The position numbers were made by a program, and so were the translations under genes. This document shows positions 63,143 through 64,000 of a DNA stretch of 64,000 nt, piece by piece (the stretch's first letter is position 1; every line of letters starts with the position of its first letter). The DNA is taken from the IMG/VR virus record IMGVR_UViG_3300020474_000993. One strand, 5' to 3'. Under the pieces are notes generated by a model that was not told the origin of the DNA, did not search any database, and saw only the letters and a list, made by a program, of their open reading frames with translations. This DNA is from a virus.

Positions 63143-63991
63143 CTAACTTATCTTCACAAAGAAAGAAGATTGGTCAACATCTGAACTCGCGTATCTAAAC
63201 ATCTTTGTTATAAGGTCATGTTGTTTTGCCTTACTTGTACCAGTTGATGCAAATGCTTCTATGAACATTAGACAGATAGACTTAGACATTCTAAAGTTGT
63301 CACCTTGTTCGTGGTTTGCCCACTCTTGTAGAAAGACCTTTTCCGATACTAGGTCTATTGATGGTTTACTTTTGGAGTTATGTTTCTTGTAAAGTTGATA
63401 TGCCTTTGATGGCCACTTCTTATCCGTCTTGATAGAAGATAGAAATGCTTTTTCAGAACCTTTACCATTGTAAATGTCATTATTGAATATTTGTTTACAG
63501 TAGAAGTCTACATTACCTCCACCTATCTTACCACCAGCTGCAGAACCGCCTTTTATCTCACCCTGCCATGAAGTGTCGCCACCAAATGTTCTGAATTGTA
63601 TCTCACCACCATTAGTATCTATGTAGATGTCTTGAGAACTAAAGAAGTCCCCAGTTTTACCGAACTTGAAACTACCGTATGTAAATGTATCTCTGTTCGC
63701 TATTTGTTTCGGGGTATTGAACTCTTTCGCGGTTGCAGGCGAACCCTTACCTAGTTTCTTGAGTGATATACCAAGAAGTTTACCCGCCTTTGCGAGTCTC
63801 ATTACTTCTGCTTGCAAGTCTCCCCAACTAGATGTGCTTTCTGATAAAGGGGTTTCTAAAGAACCAAATGTAGTTGCCCATATATCGCCTGGGTTCCATT
63901 TGTCATGTGAAAATGAACCTGGCGCTTGTGGGTTATCTGACGCTTTATCTATCTTATGACATTCTGCCTTGGCATCATATAGTCCTTTCAT
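63143..63991 (-). CDS. Conserved phage protein, possibly PD-(D/E)xK-like (probably 5'-truncated by the window edge)
   Basis: KWNPGDIWA and LLGISLKK motifs. Confidence 0.55.
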   Translation of the reverse strand: MKGLYDAKAECHKIDKASDNPQAPGSFSHDKWNPGDIWATTFGSLETPLSESTSSWGDLQAEVMRLAKAGKLLGISLKKLGKGSPATAKEFNTPKQIANRDTFTYGSFKFGKTGDFFSSQDIYIDTNGGEIQFRTFGGDTSWQGEIKGGSAAGGKIGGGNVDFYCKQIFNNDIYNGKGSEKAFLSSIKTDKKWPSKAYQLYKKHNSKSKPSIDLVSEKVFLQEWANHEQGDNFRMSKSICLMFIEAFASTGTSKAKQHDLITKMFRYASSDVDQSSFFVKIS

Positions 63992-64000
63992 GAAAGGTGA

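Noticed and set aside
1-64000. CRISPR array, integrase/transposase, reverse transcriptase/DGR, or stop-codon reassignment
   Set aside because: No regularly spaced repeats or such enzymes were seen. Core genes translate full-length in the standard code with dense packing.

Overview
A 64-kb AT-rich, gene-dense segment of a large T4-like myophage, almost all on the + strand. It is probably marine with a Gram-negative proteobacterial host; this is inferred from spanin-like genes, a TonB-dependent receptor, IHF-consensus sites and GATC usage. It carries the T4-type replication core (gp45, gp44, gp62, regA, gp43, uvsX, gp41, gp61, RNase H) and nucleotide metabolism genes (thyX, nrdA, nrdB, dCMP deaminase). 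It also has a cobS/cobT-like chaperone pair, lysis genes, late virion/internal proteins behind TATAAATA promoters, and accessory genes (peroxiredoxin, Hsp20, Mom-like GNAT, radical SAM-SDR fusion, QueC-like, methyltransferases, SGNH-like paralogues, BtuB-like receptor). The most unusual signals are non-coding. (1) An elbow-less tRNA-Gly that keeps all GlyRS identity elements occurs in a genome with a Mom-like adenine-modifying enzyme, and is a candidate dedicated Gly-tRNA donor for DNA hypermodification. (2) A family of early promoters has a helically phased IHF site and GATC overlapping the -10 box, although GATC appears avoided elsewhere. (3) A hairpin RNA has a CU-rich loop complementary to the ribosome-binding leaders of the genes under those promoters. 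(4) There is a ~400-nt, highly structured ncRNA with a divergent small RNA next to it. (5) A ~250-nt structured leader sequesters the RBS of a small lipoprotein. (6) A glutamine riboswitch sits ahead of a YRG-repeat peptide. All calls come from reading motifs by eye; no database search or folding program was run.
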